Assembly (NCBI GenBank): GCA_049889915.1 | Contig: JBMHCM010000063.1 | Coordinates: 7,911-71,910 of the forward strand | From: Parvibaculales bacterium | GTDB lineage: Bacteria > Pseudomonadota > Alphaproteobacteria > RS24 | Reading direction: 5' to 3' | Length of the DNA: 64,000 nt | Part shown: in pieces, positions 60,645 to 64,000 of the stretch | Layout: each line of letters starts with the position of its first letter | Numbering within the stretch: the first letter of the stretch is position 1 | The notes under the pieces: generated by a model | Told to the model about the DNA's origin: nothing | Seen by the model: the letters and a program-made list of their open reading frames with translations, nothing else | Database searches by the model: none | Program-made: the position numbers and the translations under genes

Positions 60645-61796
60645 ATGCTTGGAACATATAGCTCGCCTTGGATGACCGAGGATTTGACGATTTTTAAAGA
60701 TGCGGTCAGCAAATATATGCAGGCCGAAATGGTGCCGCATGCCGATAAATGGCACAAGCAGGGCATTGTCGATCGCGACGCCTGGACGAAAGCCGGTGAG
60801 GCCGGCTTGTTGTTGACCTCCATTCCGGAAGAATATGGTGGCGGCGGTGGTGACTATCGCCATGAAGCGATTTTGACCGAAGAACAAACCCGCCAAGGCA
60901 TTGGCGGCTGGGGGCAATCGGTTCACTCACTGATTTGTTCGCATTATTTCTTGGCCTATGGCACGGAAGAGCAGAAGAAAAAATACTTGCCGAAAATGGC
61001 CAGCGGCGAAATGGTCTGCGCCATCGCCATGACCGAACCGGGCACCGGCTCTGACCTGCAAGCGGTGAAAACCACGGCGCTGAAAGACGGCAATCAATAT
61101 GTTGTCAATGGCTCGAAAACCTTCATCACCAATGGCCAACATGCCGATTTGGTTTTGGTGGTTGCCAAAACCGACCCGTCTGAGGGGGCCAAGGGCATTT
61201 CGCTGATGATTGTTGAGACCGGCGAAGCCGACGGCTTTGCCCGTGGCCGCAATTTGGAAAAAATGGGCCAGCATGCGGCTGACACGTCTGAATTGTTTTT
61301 CGACAATGTGAAAGTGCCGGCCGAAAATGTTTTGGGCGGCACTGAAGGGCAAGGCTTTTACCAGCTGATGCAGCAATTGCCGGCCGAGCGTTTGGTGATT
61401 GCCAATGGGGCGGTGGCCGCCATGGAGCGCGCCATTGAGCTGACATTGGATTACACGCGCGAGCGCAAAACTTTCGGCAATGCGATTTTTGATTATCAAA
61501 ACACGCAATATAAATTGGCCGAGTGCAAGGCCACCTGGATGGCGGCTCGCGCCATGGTCGATGAGTTGACGCAACAATTGGTGCGCGGCGAGTTGGATGC
61601 CAATACGGCAGCGGCCGCCAAATTTTGGTGCACCGAGCGCGAAAACGAGATTATCGATACCTGCCTGCAATTCTTTGGCGGCTGGGGCTATATGAATGAA
61701 TATCCGATCAGCCGCATGTATACCGATAGTCGGGTGCAGCGGATTTATGGTGGCTCTAACGAGATTATGCGCATGCTGGTGGCGCGCGCGCTTTAA
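60645..61796 (+). CDS. Acyl-CoA dehydrogenase (long-chain type)
   Basis: AIAMTEPGTGSDLQ, NGSKTFITNG, ERL, GGWGYM.EYPI.R, RIYGGSNEIM. Confidence 0.95.
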   Translation: MLGTYSSPWMTEDLTIFKDAVSKYMQAEMVPHADKWHKQGIVDRDAWTKAGEAGLLLTSIPEEYGGGGGDYRHEAILTEEQTRQGIGGWGQSVHSLICSHYFLAYGTEEQKKKYLPKMASGEMVCAIAMTEPGTGSDLQAVKTTALKDGNQYVVNGSKTFITNGQHADLVLVVAKTDPSEGAKGISLMIVETGEADGFARGRNLEKMGQHAADTSELFFDNVKVPAENVLGGTEGQGFYQLMQQLPAERLVIANGAVAAMERAIELTLDYTRERKTFGNAIFDYQNTQYKLAECKATWMAARAMVDELTQQLVRGELDANTAAAAKFWCTERENEIIDTCLQFFGGWGYMNEYPISRMYTDSRVQRIYGGSNEIMRMLVARAL

Positions 61797-61817
61797 GCTA
61801 TTCGCAATTTCAAAATC

Positions 61818-61860
61818 AACGCCGTCAGTCGCGAAAAGGGGCTGGCGGCGTTTTTTCTTT
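61818..61860 (+). terminator. Intrinsic terminator
   Basis: AACGCCGTCAGTC...GGCTGGCGGCGTT followed by TTTTCTTT. Confidence 0.75.
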
Positions 61861-61890
61861 GCGCTAATCTAATGTAAGATTTTTCGGGAG

Positions 61891-62661
61891 ATGGGTATGG
61901 TCACGGCACGGGTTTCAGCGGCGTTTGGAGCAAAGTCTGGATTTTTCGCGGGCACCGCATTGGCGGTGTTTTTTGCAACCACCGTGCCGGTGCTGGCGCA
62001 ACAGGCTGAGGCGGCGCCGGGTTTTTGGACGCTGCTGTTCACCAAGGGCGGCGTGGTGACTTGGATTATTGCCCTGCTGTCGGCGGTCGGCCTGCCGGTG
62101 GCCGCCATCAAAGCCTATCAATTTTACAAAATGGATATTTATCGACCAGCCGAGTTGCAGACCGCCATGCAAGCCTATCGGGCCGGGCGCATTAAAGGGC
62201 TGGCCAAACAATTGGATGGTTTGGTGCATCCGGCGGCGCCGCTTTTGGGCTACGCCATGGCCGAAGCGCATGGCCGCAGCATGGCCGAAGCGGTGCTGCG
62301 CGAAGAGGTGCAAAGGCGCGCGCAATTTCTCATCCGGCATTTATCAAAACATATTTGGGTGCTCGAACTCATCGCCGCCTCGGCGCCATTGTTTGGTCTG
62401 CTGGGCACGGTGCTCGGCATGATTGTCGCGTTTCAAGGGGTCGGGTCCGGCAGTGGCGGGGCCGATACCGCCTTGCTGGCGGCCGGCATTTGGGAGGCTT
62501 TGTTGACCACCGCTTTTGGACTGGGCGTCGCCCTGCCGTTTTCGATTTTGGCGGCGGTTTTCAATAATGCGGTCGATGAAGTACGCGATATGGTCGAAGA
62601 TGCGCTGAGCGAAATTATGGTGCGCAGCCAAAATGCTGCTGACGACAAAAGAGCCGCCTGA
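61891..62661 (+). CDS. exbB: MotA/TolQ/ExbB proton channel family protein
   Basis: Signal-like N-terminus, KGG...W, APLFGLLGTVLGMI.AF, LAAGIWEALLTTAFGL.VALP. Confidence 0.9.
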   Translation: MGMVTARVSAAFGAKSGFFAGTALAVFFATTVPVLAQQAEAAPGFWTLLFTKGGVVTWIIALLSAVGLPVAAIKAYQFYKMDIYRPAELQTAMQAYRAGRIKGLAKQLDGLVHPAAPLLGYAMAEAHGRSMAEAVLREEVQRRAQFLIRHLSKHIWVLELIAASAPLFGLLGTVLGMIVAFQGVGSGSGGADTALLAAGIWEALLTTAFGLGVALPFSILAAVFNNAVDEVRDMVEDALSEIMVRSQNAADDKRAA

Positions 62662-63080
62662 TGCAGCTGGCCCGCCCGCGCCGTCGCGCTGCCTTTATGG
62701 GGCTGACGCCGCTCATCGATATGATTTTTTTGCTGCTGTTGTTTTTTCTGCTCGGCTCTGACTTTGCCGATTTCGGGCAGAGCCGATTGGCACCGCCGCG
62801 CGGCACCGGGGGCGACAGCAGTGCCAGCCAACCGCTGTTGATCTCATTGTCGGCGCAAGGCGCGCTGCAGCTCGACAGCCAGCCGATCAGCCAAGCGGCT
62901 TTGCGACATCGCGCCCGCACCGCGCTGGCACGCGACCCGGAACAAGTTTTTGTCGTCATGCCGCAGGCGCGTGCCAATGTGCAAATGGTGGCCGACACGC
63001 TGGATGTGCTGACGGCGGCCGGTGCGCAAGCCATCACGCTGGAGCGCGACGTGTTCGACATTGATTTGGAGGATTTTTGA
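62661..63080 (+). CDS. exbD: ExbD/TolR family protein with the canonical TM Asp
   Basis: LTPLIDMIFLLLLFFLL; TGATG-coupled to exbB. Confidence 0.88.
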   Translation: MQLARPRRRAAFMGLTPLIDMIFLLLLFFLLGSDFADFGQSRLAPPRGTGGDSSASQPLLISLSAQGALQLDSQPISQAALRHRARTALARDPEQVFVVMPQARANVQMVADTLDVLTAAGAQAITLERDVFDIDLEDF

Positions 63081-63081
63081 C

Positions 63082-63492
63082 ATGCAGGTGCCGCATCGCC
63101 GCCGCGAGGTCAAATCCATCGATTTACTGCCGCTGATTAATGTGGTGTTTCTGCTCATTTTGTTTGTGCTGATTGCCGGACGGCCGAGCACCAATCACCC
63201 GCAACAAATCGAAGTGGCGCAGTCATCTCAGCCGTCCGATTATCAGTCGGCCGCTTTCACGGTTTGGTTGCAGCAAGATAATGAATTTTATCTGGCTGAT
63301 AATCGGGCCGTGACGCTTGGTGAAATAACCGATTTGGTGCGCGATAAAGGGGTGGCGGCGCAAGGCCTGCCGGTCGAATTGATTGCCGATAGGCGGGCCC
63401 ATGCCGCACCGCTTTTGGCACTGCGCGCCGCCTTGGCCAAGGCCGGGGTTGGAGAAATCCGGTTGAAAACTGAATATAAGGCTGCCAAATGA
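63082..63492 (+). CDS. exbD: Second ExbD/TolR family protein with TM Asp replaced by Asn
   Basis: LLPLINVVFLLILFVLI, LIADRRA, AGVGEIRL.T; RBS GGAGG. Confidence 0.85.
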   Translation: MQVPHRRREVKSIDLLPLINVVFLLILFVLIAGRPSTNHPQQIEVAQSSQPSDYQSAAFTVWLQQDNEFYLADNRAVTLGEITDLVRDKGVAAQGLPVELIADRRAHAAPLLALRAALAKAGVGEIRLKTEYKAAK

Positions 63493-64000
63493 CCAAAAAA
63501 CCCCAAAAAAGCGGCTGGTATAGCCGATTGCGGCAGCGCTTGGTGGCAGTGCCGAAGCGCGTCTGGTTGGGGCTGTTAGCGGTCTCGGTGGTGGTCCATA
63601 TTATGGCGGTCGGCAGTGTGCTGGTTCTACTATTTGGCGGCGATCGTGGTGGCGGCGATGGGGAGCCCTCCGTGGTTATTTCCGCCGGTGAGCAAGGTCC
63701 GCAAGAGCTTGATTTGGAAAGCCAAGAGCAAATTGCGCCGCAGCCGATTGAAGATGCGGTGGCCGAGCTGGATTTGTCGGAATTAATGCAAGTGCCGCTC
63801 GATACCGATTTCAACGATATGATGATGGATAATGCGACCATGGCGGCCATCGCGCCGGCCATGCCAATGCCGTCGGCGGCGGTGACCCAGCGGGCCTTGC
63901 CCGGCGGCGGCTTGATTGACGGTGTGCCGCAAAGCTTTGCCGATTACATCGCGCATTTGCAAAACACCGGCATTGACGTGGTGTTCGCCATTGATGCCAC
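63489..64000 (+). CDS. Partial membrane-anchored protein: TonB-like SxxxH anchor, acidic/Pro linker, probable start of a vWA domain (3'-truncated by the window)
   Basis: ATGA overlap with exbD2; open for 170 codons to the window end: MTKKPQK...WLGLLAVSVVVHIMAVGSVLVLLFGG...SFADYIAHLQNTGIDVVFAIDA(T). Absent from the ORF track because it has no stop. Confidence 0.75.
   Translation, partial: MTKKPQKSGWYSRLRQRLVAVPKRVWLGLLAVSVVVHIMAVGSVLVLLFGGDRGGGDGEPSVVISAGEQGPQELDLESQEQIAPQPIEDAVAELDLSELMQVPLDTDFNDMMMDNATMAAIAPAMPMPSAAVTQRALPGGGLIDGVPQSFADYIAHLQNTGIDVVFAIDA

Overview
Origin-proximal core chromosome region of a moderately GC-rich alphaproteobacterium. Gene order is Rhizobiales/Parvibaculales-like; that placement is inference from synteny only. 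Left part: LppC-type lipoprotein, hemW-rdgB-rph, hrcA-grpE-dnaK-dnaJ, dapB-gpmA, nth, a PfkB kinase, hisBHAFE-coaA, smr-Tim44/fxsA-secB and PDRP-maf-aroE-coaE-dnaQ. The probable oriC (about 24320-24720) lies between PDRP and hemE. Right part: hemE-hemJ-rho, mnmE-mnmG-rsmG-parA-parB with two perfect parS sites, leuS-lptE-holA, yggS, a CenR-like regulator, a small accessory block ending at tRNA-Gly(GCC), cnoX-LonN-Trm112, a UbiH/L-family hydroxylase, a lone sigma54/NtrC-type amt, aminotransferase-ftsK-lolA-hypothetical-SDR-xth, and two acyl-CoA dehydrogenase-fold genes. The best candidate for an undescribed system is at the right edge: exbB-exbD(Asp)-exbD(Asn), followed by a translationally coupled gene with a TonB-type SxxxH membrane anchor that appears to run into a von Willebrand A domain (cut off by the window end). 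Many 9-17 bp tandem micro-duplications occur at gene ends and in protein linkers. No CRISPR array, rRNA, transposase or integrase was seen. All calls come from motif recognition by eye; no database searches were run.
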